40,982 nucleotides of DNA, from NCBI RefSeq assembly GCF_001194135.2, contig NC_068993.1:25707297-25748278 (forward strand). The letters are read 5' to 3'. Position numbers and translations under genes: made by a program. The notes under the pieces were generated by a model. That model searched no databases and was not told where the DNA came from. It saw nothing but the letters and a program-made list of their open reading frames with translations. Positions 25,012 through 38,479 of this stretch are shown in pieces. Position 1 is the stretch's first letter; each line of letters begins with the position of its first letter. The stretch comes from Octopus bimaculoides. Its lineage: Eukaryota.

Positions 25012-25304
25012 ATACATAAGGATAATTATAAACTCATTTACAGAGGCATACTTATAGATACAAGCATGTTCACACATTCAGAGACTCTCACACATATACA
25101 AATACATGCCTACACAGCAATGCACCTATCCCTACACACATACATGCATGCATAGAAAGAAACAATCCCAGACACCCGTAACCACTCAGTGACTCCCTCA
25201 GAAGCCTCAGTCATGTGACTTCCAGCAATTAGTGAGTTATATACTGCCACTTGCCAGACAAAATGACCATAACAACACTCTTACATAAAAGAAGGCTCAT
25301 TGAA

Positions 25305-25372
<68 letters not shown>

Positions 25373-25447
25373 GATTAATAATAATAATAATAGCAGTATA
25401 ATAATAATAATAATAATATTTATATTAGAAGCAATTATTATTATTAC

Positions 25448-25507
<60 letters not shown>

Positions 25508-25509
25508 TA

Positions 25510-25571
<62 letters not shown>
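25305..25571. repeat. Adjacent (AAT)n and (ATT)n microsatellites in inverted arrangement
   Basis: (AAT)n at about 25305-25417, a short spacer, then (ATT)n at about 25434-25571. Confidence 0.95.
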
Positions 25572-25573
<2 letters not shown>

Positions 25574-26447
25574 AAGCAGCAAACCCTTTGAAAATTAGTG
25601 AAGATCACTTAAAACGCAAAGAATAGCATGATTTTGGCAGTTTTTGGTGTTCATTTAAACACAAGCACTGAAATTAATGGTCAGTTTCCTGAGTGGTAAT
25701 GGTAGTGGGTTACTGGAGCTATAGGGTAGAAAGTGAGGGGAAAGAGATGCATTCAGTCAATAATGCAATATAGCCATGTTATTGTATTCTCCTCACTTGT
25801 CTAACTGGAGACTTAACAACATATGTAGGTAAATGTGTATGCATTGATGTGTGTAAGCATATAAGTGTATACAGTAGTTTTAATTTTATACACACACACA
25901 CACAATAACATACATATATACATGCATAAAAAACAAATATATGTACAGATATGCACGTCTACATATATGTACACACACACACATCCGCATACAAAATGTA
26001 TACACGTGTACCTTAGTATGCATTTATCATTGTTTTATATTTATATGCATACAAGTACATGTGTATGTTTTATATGTATCCGCTTATGTCTACTGTATTA
26101 AGTATGTCTTTACATTTATGCACACAAAGGGTGGTTGTACATATCTGTGTGTAGGTGTGTATGTGAGAATATATTCATATATATATATATACATGTATAT
26201 ATATATATATATACATGTGTATATATATATATATNNNNNNNNNNNNNNNNNNNNNNNNNNNNNNNNNNNNNNNNNNNNNNNNNNNNNNNNNNNNNNNNNN
26301 NNNNNNNNNNNNNNNNNNNNNNNNNNNNNNNNNNNNNNNNNNNNNNNNNNNNNNNNNNNNNNNNNNNNNNNNNNNNNNNNNNNNNNNNNNNNNNNNNNNN
26401 NNNNNNNNNNNNNNNNNNNNNNNNNNNNNNNNNNNNNNNNNNNNNNN

Positions 26448-26478
<31 letters not shown>

Positions 26479-26586
26479 GTATGTATACATACATACACAT
26501 ATATATATCCACATACATACACATATGTAAAAATCATTTATATAGACATAAACACACACACACATAGATAGATAGATAGATAGATC

Positions 26587-26705
26587 CATGGCGATGTGGT
26601 TGAGAAGCTTGCTTCTAAACTGTGTGGTCTTGTGTTTAGTCCCATTACATGACACATTAGGCAAGTGATTTCTTCTATAACCTAGGTTGACCAAAGCCTT
26701 GTAAG
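26587..26705 (+). mobile_element. SINE-A 5' fragment
   Basis: catggcgatgtggttgagaagcttgcttc...gaccaaagccttgtaagt. Confidence 0.7.
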
Positions 26706-27245
26706 TAAACAGAATATGTACACACACACACACACTTAAACACACATACGCATGCACACACACGCATGCACACACACATACACACACACAGACACACACA
26801 CACACAAAGACACACATACAAAGACACACACACACACAGAGGCAAGTTGAAAATAAAAAGTAATACAACAAAAGTCAAAAGGTTGTACATCTCGAATGTA
26901 TTAGGATGATGCTCAGAATAAGATGGCAAAAAAAGTGGGAGTATAATGTTTCGAACATGGTTCTTTAGAAGAAAAAAGATAGGAAAGGTCCAGAGAGAAG
27001 GAAAAAGGTCCAAGAAAAGCATGTGTGTGGATACATGATNNNNNNNNNNTATAATAGAATATAATGATAATAATAATATTTTATATTATATTTATCCCAC
27101 ATTATATCGGTATAACCATGATGTAGCCCCGAAAATCTGACTCACTAGTCAGTATCATTAAACGGTAGCCAGCATAATGAAATAGGAGCTCTATCTGCAT
27201 ACTCTAACGGTACCTAAATGAATTTAAAATATATATGTATATATA

Positions 27246-27530
27246 TTGGGTCATCCTATAAATAATGCAGTTTTTTTCAATTGCATAGATTAAATGTTGG
27301 AGGGGAATGGGATAAGCTACCTGCATCACCTTGCTATAAAAGCAGGTAATAATTTTACTTTGGACTCATTCTTAGTGCAAGTTTTGAAGAGTGCAGTTTG
27401 ATTTTAACAGTTATTTTTTCAAAGCTATAACAGAAGTGACAAAGGAGCATATTTGGCATATTTTGCTTTATGAGTTCAATAAAAGGGCAACAACACAAAT
27501 GAAAGTGAGAGGAATATTAATGCAGTATAT
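27246..27530 (+). mobile_element. 5' fragment of a second mariner family, cut off by an assembly gap
   Basis: TA followed by TIR ttgggtcatcctataaataatgcagtttt. Transposase N-terminus EVTKEHIWHILLYEFNK / GNNTNESERNINAVY (ATG mutated to ACA at 27430, one frameshift). Ends at the N-gap 27531-28033. Confidence 0.8.
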
Positions 27531-28034
27531 NNNNNNNNNNNNNNNNNNNNNNNNNNNNNNNNNNNNNNNNNNNNNNNNNNNNNNNNNNNNNNNNNNNNNN
27601 NNNNNNNNNNNNNNNNNNNNNNNNNNNNNNNNNNNNNNNNNNNNNNNNNNNNNNNNNNNNNNNNNNNNNNNNNNNNNNNNNNNNNNNNNNNNNNNNNNNN
27701 NNNNNNNNNNNNNNNNNNNNNNNNNNNNNNNNNNNNNNNNNNNNNNNNNNNNNNNNNNNNNNNNNNNNNNNNNNNNNNNNNNNNNNNNNNNNNNNNNNNN
27801 NNNNNNNNNNNNNNNNNNNNNNNNNNNNNNNNNNNNNNNNNNNNNNNNNNNNNNNNNNNNNNNNNNNNNNNNNNNNNNNNNNNNNNNNNNNNNNNNNNNN
27901 NNNNNNNNNNNNNNNNNNNNNNNNNNNNNNNNNNNNNNNNNNNNNNNNNNNNNNNNNNNNNNNNNNNNNNNNNNNNNNNNNNNNNNNNNNNNNNNNNNNN
28001 NNNNNNNNNNNNNNNNNNNNNNNNNNNNNNNNNN

Positions 28035-28075
<41 letters not shown>

Positions 28076-28199
28076 TTATACTTCATTTTTGTATCTGGTT
28101 TGCAAGATTCTTTATGTGAATTTGTGTTGAAACAAATTTTGTTGTGTCTAAGGAGAGTCATTACACCAGTATAATTAACACACACACACACTGGTTCAG

Positions 28200-28670
28200 T
28201 TCCACTCATTTTCATCTGTTTTCCATGCTGGCATGGGTTGGACAGTTTGACAGGAGTTGGCATGCCAGCAGATTCATTGGCTCCAGTCTTAGCATGGTTT
28301 CTCTGGTTGGATGCCCTCCCTAATGTGAACTACAGAATGTATTGGGTGCTTTTTTTTGTGGTGCCAGCATGGGTGCTTTTAACGTGGCTCCAGTATCCAC
28401 AAGGTCACCAAATAACTAACAAGACAAAGATGTCTCAGCTGAGAGAGGGAGAGGAACTGAGAGAAGTGGCTGTGTGCCAGGCAAGAGGCTGGTGCAGGAG
28501 AGAGAGGGACAGGGATAGCTATCTTACTTCAGAGGAGATGTTTGACTACCCCAGTAGAACAAGGAAGAAGACAGAGGTAGAGAGAAAGATGGACACAGTT
28601 AAACTGAGTGAGAAAGAAAGCGAGAGAGAGAGGTGGGGAGCCTACCTCAGAGAACAGTGGTGGGGAGTAT
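28200..28670 (-). mobile_element. LINE (RTE-type) 3' end, reverse orientation
   Basis: ttttccatgctggcatgggttggacagtttgacagg...ggttggatgccctccctaa is the reverse complement of 3520-3640. It is followed by a purine-rich tract. Confidence 0.65.
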
Positions 28671-28870
28671 AAGTAGTACAGATGGAGTAGAGATGTTTCA
28701 TGAGAGTGTGAGTGGAGACATTTAGAGGCAGCAAGTGGCAGTGAGATGAAGTGGAGTGGACTGTAGTGGGGACTTGTGGAAGATGACTTGTGAGTGAGTT
28801 GTGCCAGAGGACAGAATTATGTGTGTGTGTGTGTGTGTGTGTGCTTGTATTGTGTGTGTGTGTATGTGTG

Positions 28871-28924
<54 letters not shown>

Positions 28925-29671
28925 AGTACTCAGCATTGCCCAGAAGCTGTATATGTAGAAACATTTTATGTTAAACTTAAATGATATAATTTAAAGTGAG
29001 ACCTTTTTTTATATAATTATATTTGCATATTTTTTCATTGTAAGGCAGCCTCATGTCTAAAGTTGACTTTTTTCAATGTTTCTTCAATGTATGAAGCTTT
29101 TGAGACTGTTTATAATTTTAATTATGTGATTTAAAAATGTTATCTTAATGTTTCACTTTATATATTTTCTTGTAATTCTACATTGATATGCAACACATAA
29201 AACGGATGCAATTCTTATAGTAATGTGTTCTATGTTCTATTCAACAAGAGCTCTAGGAAAGAAAACATTTTTTTATTCTGCAGTTTGTTGTTCTGATGAA
29301 AAGATGTCTGTTATGCCCAACATGTGAGCATGCAGCATAAGTTGGCTATGGGAGAAACATGGACTTGTTGGTTCAATTCCAGTAACCTGCTGTGACTTTC
29401 CTTGAGACTTGATGAATACCAAGAAAAAAAAAGTAAGTGACATTCAAAACTGAAGGTATTTGAAGTGAAATACTATAGCTGATGGAATGAGGGGACTGTG
29501 TGGAATGGAAACATCTCATGACACAACCAGTCATATAATGGTTGTTTTGATTACATGAAGTATAAGAAATTTTGATATGACTAACACTCATATTAACTGG
29601 TGATATGCAGTACTACAGAACACTTATCTTCTTATAATAAAACACACCTTACACAAAAGAAGTGTTTAAGA

Positions 29672-29787
<116 letters not shown>

Positions 29788-29901
29788 GTGTTGACATCAT
29801 AAGAATCATTTTATAAAATTTTGAGAGAAAGTAACTAATTCTTGTCTTTGAATATCTCAAAGCACATTACATAAAGCTATGAATAACATCATGTAAATAT
29901 A

Positions 29902-30026
29902 GGGATGAAAAACCCTTTTGGATAGAAAAAGTCAAAAGCTGCCCATGGAACTTGAACCCACATCTCCTGTAGACATGGCAAGTGTTCTATGTTTAACTAT
30001 TTTTATCCAAAAGGGTTTTACAGCCC
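29902..30026. repeat. 35-bp inverted repeat enclosing a tRNA-like fragment
   Basis: 29902-29936 and 29992-30026 are complementary at 30 of 35 positions. The minus strand of the 55-nt spacer reads tagaacacttgccatgtctacaggagatgtgggttcaagttcc. Confidence 0.7.
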
Positions 30027-30049
30027 AATCCTATTATTTATAACTTTAC

Positions 30050-30175
30050 ATATGTAGTTCTAGGTTCAATCCCACTGTGTGGCATCAGGCAAGCATCTTC
30101 CTACCATAGCTCAGGATGACCAAAACTTTTTGAGTTGATTTGGTGGACAGAAACTGAAAGAAGCCCATTGTGTGT
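30050..30175 (+). mobile_element. SINE-A 5' fragment
   Basis: aggttcaatcccactgtgtggcatc...gaccaaaactttttgagttgatttggtggacagaaactgaaagaagccc. Confidence 0.7.
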
Positions 30176-30194
30176 ATGTGTACATGATAACACT

Positions 30195-30770
30195 TCTAGT
30201 CACATTTAATCTTAACTGATTGGAAGTGTTATCATGTACATTGTTTTGCCTTAGTATAAAACATGGGCTACAGCAAATATTCTGCTCAATACCACAGATT
30301 TGCTTGTCAGTTGTTTGACCTTAACCAGTTGAGCATGTCCCTTGGTGGCTGACGATATGTGCATCTCTGATCACAAGCAGAAGCAGTGGGGGAGCATGAT
30401 AACCATGTGTTGAGAAGAATTCTTTGGAGTTTGGATAAATCACCTTTGGAAACATGGGTGTTTTGTTCAACATCCTGAAACAACCCTTATTCAGGGACCT
30501 TTTGAGCAAGATGGGCTACTCAACCTGAAGAAAATTCTANNNNNNNNNNGAGCAAGATGGGCTACTCAACCTGAAGAAAATTCTAACTGGGCCCCACCTG
30601 CAAGGTCATGCACTGTTTATCCTGTTATGAGATCACCATGTTTCGCACATATGGTTGTGATGCATGTGCCTGGTATACCCTTTTCAGATGGGTAGTTATG
30701 ATGGGTATACTGGTCTTCATGCACTTTACCCCAGTATTACTTTGATGGCATGCAACTTTCCCTCACTCAG
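30195..30770. repeat. Interspersed repeat of a recalled octopus-type family, unclassified
   Basis: GC-richer block (aactgattggaagtgttatcatgtacattg...gatgggctacagcaaatattctgctcaataccacagatttgc...) recognised from memory only. It spans a 10-N gap. Confidence 0.45.
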
Positions 30771-31957
30771 TAATAATGGGTTTCAAACTTTGGCACAAGG
30801 ACAGTAATTTTGGAGGAGGGAGTAAGTCAATTACATCGACTGCAGTGCTCAACAGGTATTTATTTTATTGATCTCGAAAGGCAAAAAGCAAAGGACAAAA
30901 TGCTTGTAAGCATTTTGCCCAGCACAGTAACAATTTCCCCTATATCCAACCCTCTCTATTGCCCCATCTGCTCCATCATGTTACATTCTCCTCCCTCCAT
31001 CACTTCATCACTCGCAACATACACACACTCTCTCTCTCTCCTAGATTACTTCTACTGCTACCCAAATACCTCATCTGTAGCCTTTCATTCCATCACTGAA
31101 TTCTTTGTTCCTACCTACTACTCCTCTTCTATCCCTCTCTCTCTCTCTTTCTCTCTCTCTCCACCCTTCCACCCTCTCTCCATTGCCTTCCCATATGGAA
31201 TCTCTTTGCTCCTCTCCATTTGGGATGCTTTCACAGTTTTCACACTCTTCTCTTCCTCTTTTATCTATGACACTCTCCAGCATTTCTTCCCCTTACTACT
31301 TTTTACTGCACTCACCTACTGATTGTCTTCTCCCCACTGCTCCTCCACCCTCTCAGCATTTCTTCTTTTGTCCTTTTGGCTTTAACCTCATGACTCCTCC
31401 TTCAATGACTCTCCCAGGATTCTCCCCATCCTATCTATTACCTTCTTACCCATCCCCTTTCTCTCACACCTCTCATACTCATTACAAGGTACATTAACCT
31501 TAGACACCTCTACACAACTCAGCCTACCACCTTTCTCAATGAGCCCTGTCACTAACCCTTTAACTTTCCCTATCCTGATATTCCTTGTCATACTCCTTTG
31601 CCCAATTAGTGACAACTCTACTGCTCTGTTACTCTCTCCACCACAACACAATCACAGCTATAAATTTGTTAAACTCTCTCAGACAGAAAGTTTAATAAAA
31701 GGCTGAGGGAGAAATGAAAACCAAGCTTAATGTGACAAACTGATGTTTCTGTGCTTCAAACTAACTCACCTTCTCTACTACTCCATTTCTACAACTTTTG
31801 ATCTCTCTCTATATCTTATTTAGAGTCATTCCTCATTCCAAAGGACCATGGATCAGTGTTTTTTGCTTTTGCTTTTTTGTTCATGCATTATTCTGGTTTG
31901 CATCTGAATCACATGGAGAAATGGCAATATTGTTTCAAAACAAACAAACATTGACAC

Positions 31958-31989
<32 letters not shown>

Positions 31990-32947
31990 CATACATGCAT
32001 GCACGCACACACGCACACACTCACACACACACACATACATACATACATACATACATACATACATGCATACAAACAATGTAAACACAATAGACCTGGTATA
32101 GTAATTTGGGATAGAGAACAGAAACTGTGTTTGGTTGTGGAAATCAGCTGCCTAGCAGATGTGAACATCAGCTAAAAAGGAAATACTTACATTAAACCAT
32201 TGAAGAATCTACAACTACTCTAACATGATTACAAGCTCAGGTTTATATCTGTAATTACTGGGATATGTAACACATTTCTTAAATACCAATTTTGAGAAAT
32301 CAGGCTTCTCAAAACCAGAAAGGAGAAAGCTAATTGGAAGACTACAGATCCAAGTCATCACTGGAACTGTAGAAATCTGTAAAACTTTCCAGAAGTTTAT
32401 CATTTAAGTATATTTGAGCATGTCTTGACATGCAACTGTATGCATGAGAATACATACACAAAACAAAACATACAAATCTGCACATATACATACAAAAATA
32501 CCCTGTTGGTGTTGTTGAAATTCCAGGAGCCTTGGATCTCTTTCTCTATTGGCAAGAAATCTTGAAATAAAACTGAATGACATGCATGCGTATGCATAAA
32601 AACTTCCTCATTCAATTGGTTACTTGTATACTTCATCTGCCTCATGTTTTGAATCAAAGTTTCCTATCAAATTACTACTTAGCAGCAAGAGTAGACAAGG
32701 TTATATATTACAAAGTTTTGGTTATGTCTTCCACATTCTTCTTTCTGCTCATTAAGGTCCTGACTTTTAATTACAAACATTTCTTCAACAATATCACATT
32801 TTACTACTCTTAAGTCTTTTTCAAACAAGTGTCATTTACACTCAACTTAAACTTGTTACTCCACTTTCTTGCATAGAAACCTTGCAAACCTCCGCCAGTA
32901 GGATCACAACAGCCAAGTCTCCTCCAGAAACATAAAGAAACTGCACC

Positions 32948-33376
32948 TGGCTGTGTGGTAAGAAACTTGCTTCCCAACCACATGGTTCTGGGTTCAGTCC
33001 CACTGCATGGTACCTTGGGCAAGTGTTTTCTACTATAGCTTCGGGCTGACCAAAGCCTTGTGAGTGGATTTCATAGGTGGAAACTGAAAGAAGCCGTTTT
33101 TGTATGTATATATATATATATATATATAGATATATATGTATGTATGTATGCATGTATGTATGTATGTATATGTTTGTGTGTCTGTGTTTGTTGCCCTACC
33201 ATTGCTTGACAACCAATGTTGGTGTGTTTGCATCCCCATAACTTAGCAGTTTGGCATAAGAAACAAATAGAATAAGTACTAGGCTTACAAAGAATAAGTC
33301 CTGGGGTCGATTTGTTGAATGAAAGGCAGTGCTCCAGCATGGCTGCAGTCAACTGACTGAAACAAGTAAAAGAATA
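32948..33376 (+). mobile_element. Full-length SINE-A copy
   Basis: Complete head (tggctgtgtggtaagaaacttgc...gggttcagtcccactgc), central microsatellite and 3' half ending gactgaaacaagtaaaagaat. Confidence 0.9.
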
Positions 33377-33908
33377 TAAAGAAAGCATTCCTGCACCTAA
33401 CCATCCCAACACAAAGACAGCATGTAACTGATGTCCTTAAAATTGACACAAATATTTTGTCTTACAATCTATAATGGTCTCTCATAGGAACCCCACTTAT
33501 CACCAAATCTGCCCTTCAAAAATTAGGCTTCCTCTTAAAATCCAGACATTTCTTCATCTGTAGACATATCTGAGACAGTGTTGGTCTCTACCTATACAGA
33601 ATAGATACAGCTGAGGCAGTACTACTATTATTACTATCATATTTGAACATCTGGGACAGTAATGCTGAAATATCATAAACAGTACTGCTCTTTAGCTTTA
33701 CATCATATGTCTATGATATATAAATATAGTAGCATCTAAGTCAGTACTGCTGTTATATCTATACAATTGAGACACTATTGCTACTTTACCCACACAACTG
33801 AGTCACATTTTAGACAGTACAACTGCTGTATCTACACATCTCACATCACACCTAAAATCAAAGTAATGGAGCTGCTTCACTCATTAGCATTCAGGTCACT
33901 ATCTAAAA

Positions 33909-34090
33909 TATAATGCTTGTTTTAAATTAATCATTTATTATCACGTAGCTTTGAGATTTTGATGATGTGATTCTTTATTTTTAAAATGACATAGTGGGCT
34001 AGGAGGGAGAGGCCAGATCTGGTCGGCTTGAACATGAAGCAGGTAGAATATTTGGGCCAGATATGGCTGGTTTAAATGCTAAAGAGTTAA
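33909..34090 (-). mobile_element. Partial copy of the same piggyBac-like MITE family
   Basis: gtagaatatttgggccagatatggctggtttaaatgctaaagag-ttaa is a diverged reverse complement of 2574-2615. Confidence 0.6.
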
Positions 34091-34189
34091 TAGACCCTTT
34101 TCCCTGACAGCATGACAAAACAACTGTTCACATACATATTATTTCTTCTTTCTGTCACTTCTACTAATATGACAATGACTTAAGGTAGT

Positions 34190-34390
34190 GAGCAGGCAGA
34201 ACTGCATGCTGGGCAAAATGCTTAGCAACATTTTGTCTGTCTTTATGTTCTGAGTTCAAATGCCGCCAAGGTCAACCTTGCCTGTCATCCTTTCAGGGTC
34301 AGTAAAATAACTACCAATTGTACACTGGGGTCAATATAATCAACTTACCCCACCCGCAAACTTGCTGGCCTTGTGCTAAAATTTGAGACT
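34190..34390 (+). mobile_element. SINE-B copy
   Basis: gagcaggcagaactgcatgctgggcaaaatgcttagc...tgagttcaaatgccgcc...tcatcctttcagggtc matches 103-296. Confidence 0.75.
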
Positions 34391-34695
34391 AATATTATAA
34401 TGGCATCATCCTCTTCTCTGAATTAACAAACTATATAGTCTTTCACTAAGACCAAAATATTATATTCCACCACAACATTCTTCCTTCTTTTGTTAGCCTT
34501 TTCTTTAGACACTGCATTCAGCATTTCATCCAGTCATTCCCTACCAAAACTGAAATTTTCTGGAGTTCATACATTTTCTATAGATGACAACCTACAAAAT
34601 TTATAACTAGGTACCAATCACAGCATTTTACCCATGTAAAAGAAAAACCTTTAAAGGCTGTAAGCTCTTTGCCACCTTTTCTAATTAATAAAAAT

Positions 34696-34735
<40 letters not shown>

Positions 34736-34736
34736 C

Positions 34737-34767
<31 letters not shown>

Positions 34768-35353
34768 ACTATGGTGGTAGTAAGGACATCATTATTGAAG
34801 TTGTGGCTCCTTTTCCTTTTAGTGCTAACATAAAAAATAACTAATACCAATAAATTACTATTTTTTGTTTTCTGCTTCCTTGAAAATCGTAGATGTTTTC
34901 TGGTCAATTGTGGTTTCCAAAGAAACACCTCCATAGAATTGTCCAAATGCACATCAGAATCACTTCTGAGACAAGGCCTTCTTAATAGAACTCTTCCTCT
35001 CAAACAGTATGTCAAATTAATGATATGATGACACAGATATAAACAATGAAAAAGACAGTAGACAAGCAATGTAGTGTGACCAATGATATAAGCATCAGAA
35101 GTGAAACATAATGTAAACACAGCTTACTAGTTGTGCAAGAACACTGAAAAAGCGATATAAATTCAAATATGCAAACATATCTAAAAAAAATAACACACAA
35201 ACAGAAATGAAAACATGAAAAAAAAAACATAAACGCAGAAACAAAAGCATGTATAAAGACATAAACATGGGAACAAAATTATATTTAAAAAGCATATAAA
35301 CAAATAAACAACACAGAACAATGTGCAAATTTAGACAAAGTGAGACAATGTAC

Positions 35354-35485
35354 CTGTACAGTCCCTTTGATTCTCCTGCAAAGTGAATCCGTTGGGACAT
35401 GTGCAGTATGCACTTCCTGGTGTGTTAATGCAACCATACGAACAAGCCTTGCTTTGGTTAGTAGATATGCTGCATTCATCTATAT
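35354..35485 (-). CDS. Internal coding exon: calcium-binding-type EGF-like domain (exon A)
   Basis: Minus strand ctctag|AT ATA GAT GAA TGC ... GAC TGT ACA G|gtacat. 132 nt, phase 1-1, no stop. Encodes DIDECSISTNQSKACSYGCINTPGSAYCTCPNGFTLQENQRDCT: six Cys in EGF spacing with a DIDEC leader. Confidence 0.93.
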
Positions 35486-35763
35486 CTAGAGTTAGTAGAC
35501 AGACAAACAGAGAAATAAGTACATGATGTGGGCGTTAACAATAACAAAAACAATAGCAAAACAACAAAAACACAACAACTGTAATAATAAACAATTGTAG
35601 AAAACAACGAAATAAATAAACAAGTACAATGGCTAATGTATTAATATAATAGAGAACTGGTAAGTAATATATAACAAACAAATTGATTTTATTTAAGTTC
35701 TCAACACATCAATATATATGTGTGTGTGTGCGTGTGTGTATATAAATATATATATATATACAC

Positions 35764-35822
<59 letters not shown>

Positions 35823-35834
35823 CANNNNNNNNNN

Positions 35835-35895
<61 letters not shown>

Positions 35896-37547
35896 TATAC
35901 ATATATATATATATGCATATATATATAAACTTATATATAAATACAAATTTATATTTATATATATGTATATATATAAATGTTTATCTATGTATATGTATAC
36001 ATATATAAAAAGTTATATATATATAAATATATACATATAAATTTATATATATATAAATATATACATAAATTTATATATATATATAAATATATACATATAA
36101 ATTTATATATATATATATATGTATTTATATATATAAATTTATGTTTATATATATATATGTCTGTATATTTACAGATATGTAAATTAGCATCAATTCCTTA
36201 CATGTTCTTTAGTATATGATAGAGAGAGGAAATATGACTTAGTGGTGTTCATGACTTTACTAGTTGCAGGTGTAAATAAACTGGTTACACCCAGTCAGTG
36301 AGATTGGGGTATGAACTCAGATCACCAGGAACTTATCTCTATTTTACATTGTTTGCTACAATGTATCCGTTGATAATATTTTTTTAAAATCTAAGCATGA
36401 AACATTACAAGAAAAATGAAAATATACATAGACTAGTAATAAACAATATAAAACAGATGATACAAATGTATAGCAACAGAATATAAATTAATAATACATA
36501 ATACAAATAATACACACATAAATACATATATCAATTGTGTGTTTATGTATGTGTGCATGTGTTTGTATGTGTGAATACGTATACAATGAAGATAATACAT
36601 AAATATTACATTCATGCATATACATATATGTGTGTGTGTGTGTGTGTGTGTGTTAGTAATATATGATACTAATAATACATGAAAATAGCAGCAATATATA
36701 TATATCAGTAGTAACATATGATAAAAAGCAAACAATAAACACTAAAACAATAATTTAAAACAAAAAAGCAAGTTTTATAACACAACGAATATCAACAATA
36801 TACAGATTTAATGATACATGGAACAGGGAACAAATACATTAGCAATACAGAAATTAATGATAAATATCCTCCTCCTCCTCCTCCTCCTCCTCCTCTGTTT
36901 TTAATCTCTTATTGTCTGGTCAGATCTGCAATGCAGTGTTTGTGAAGCCTTATATTCTCTGGTCTAATCAAACTTTTTTCACTTCAAGTTTTATTGGGGT
37001 TAGTTATTGTGTGTATCTCAACCTTAGAATAGGTACACCATGTCATGTTGTAAGAAATGATTAAGAGAGCTGACAACAGAAAGGGCATTTGACTGTAAGA
37101 CACTGCCTCAGGGAAGAATATGGAAAAGTGAATGTGAAAGGTTGATGATGATCAATTCATTTGGGCTCTGTCATTGCCACCCTACACTATGAAGTCAGTG
37201 TACCGATTATTCCAGTATACACCATCTATTTATATAATACACTTTAGATACACTTGTGTACTTAAAGGAAGTATTTCATCTTCTGTCTGTTTCTCAGGGT
37301 TTATTACATTTGTGTACAGGCCTTATCAACATTACCTACCCAGGAGACCATTCAGAACGTATTCAAAACTCACTGCCCACTTTTAACTGCCACACAAATA
37401 CCACATTTGCTGATTTTAGCCTAATCAGTAACTGTCAACTCCTTTGTATTCAGTAAACATTAGAGAAGTATAATAAATAGTTTTCAAACAGGAATTGAAA
37501 CTAGGTCTTGGTCACAGTTCATTGGGAGCTTAAATGTTACTTTATAG

Positions 37548-37864
37548 CAGAGATTCTCAACCATCTTTTACCTACAGACCCCTTTGATTATTTTATTCTG
37601 TGGACTCCCAAAACCAGTCGACATTTAAAAACTAGTTTTATAGATACTTCTTTCAAGATTCTTATTTTGTTTTTCACACATTAACTTGTGTAGTTTTAAT
37701 TATGTTAAACATTAGAGAAATATATCTAGCTGTTTCTTGCAATAAATACATCTAAAGCAAAATTTTTTCTGGGACCCCTAAAATACTACTGTAGCTCTGC
37801 AATTTACTATTTTGTTCATGTGGACACCCAAAATTCTTATATGGACCCCAGTTAAGAACTGCTG
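37548..37864. mobile_element. hAT (Charlie-like) MITE
   Basis: TIRs cagagattctcaacc / agttaagaactgctg. 8-bp TSD ctttatag (37540-37547) / ctctatag (37865-37872). 317 bp. Confidence 0.8.
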
Positions 37865-38479
37865 CTCTATAGCATACACGAATGAATAGTCTAGATGTAT
37901 AAATGGTTGGTCATGGTGGTTAACACTTCTCAGTCACAATGTTTTCATATGCCAGTCAAAATATGGAAAAAGTCTGGTTTCACTCTGTGAAGACTAACTG
38001 CAGTTACAAGAAAACCTGAAGTGACAAATTAAAGGACTTATTGAGAACGTTGCAATGCATGTGAACTGAAAAAACTCAGTGTCTTGTTATGAACAATGAA
38101 ATACTGACATCCAGTATGGGCGTGACAGTTTTCAACTGAAGAAGAGAGTAAATAAAAATGGTGAAGATTTCTAAGGATAAAAAAATGGTGAAAGTTTCTA
38201 GGGATATAAAAAGAGGATTCTTGTTAAGAATAATTCAACACTGCAGTGAGACACACATAGTTAAATGAACAATATGTAAAAGGTGTAGCATAAATAAATA
38301 AAAAAAAGAGAAAAGACTTGTTCAGAGAATGCATCAAACAAGTATGAATATATAACTTGACAAGTGATATTTATGCAATTACCACAGGAAATTACTATAT
38401 AGAAACAGTTACATTTGTATTGTTTTTTAACTATGCTGACTGTACCTCTCTCTCTCTCTATCTCTCTGTATTCACACAC

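Noticed and set aside
25229-25598. Poly-Ile/Leu and poly-Asn/Ile ORFs
   Set aside because: Translations of the AAT/ATT microsatellites.
30504-30585. Exact 36-bp direct repeat on both sides of a 10-N gap
   Set aside because: Typical unmerged contig overlap, so most likely an assembly artefact.
31330-31650. Purine-rich minus-strand stretch faintly resembling an RTE C-terminus
   Set aside because: Too degenerate and low-complexity to support as a feature without an alignment.
32215-32403. 62-aa minus ORF with a hydrophobic N-terminus near a GTAAGT donor at about 32190
   Set aside because: The ORF stops before the donor, and nearby acceptors give stops in the phase-1 frame.
34578-35120. 180-aa minus-strand ORF with a poly-Thr, mucin-like run just downstream of exon A
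   Set aside because: The Thr run is a (GTA)n microsatellite, the N-terminal part is U-rich intron flank, and I found no convincing phase-compatible splice pair. RNA-seq coverage would be needed to revive it.
38155-38210. Short tandem duplications (about 26 bp here, 13 bp near 7245-7272, 23 bp near 38680-38725)
   Set aside because: Ordinary two-copy slippage duplications with no further structure.
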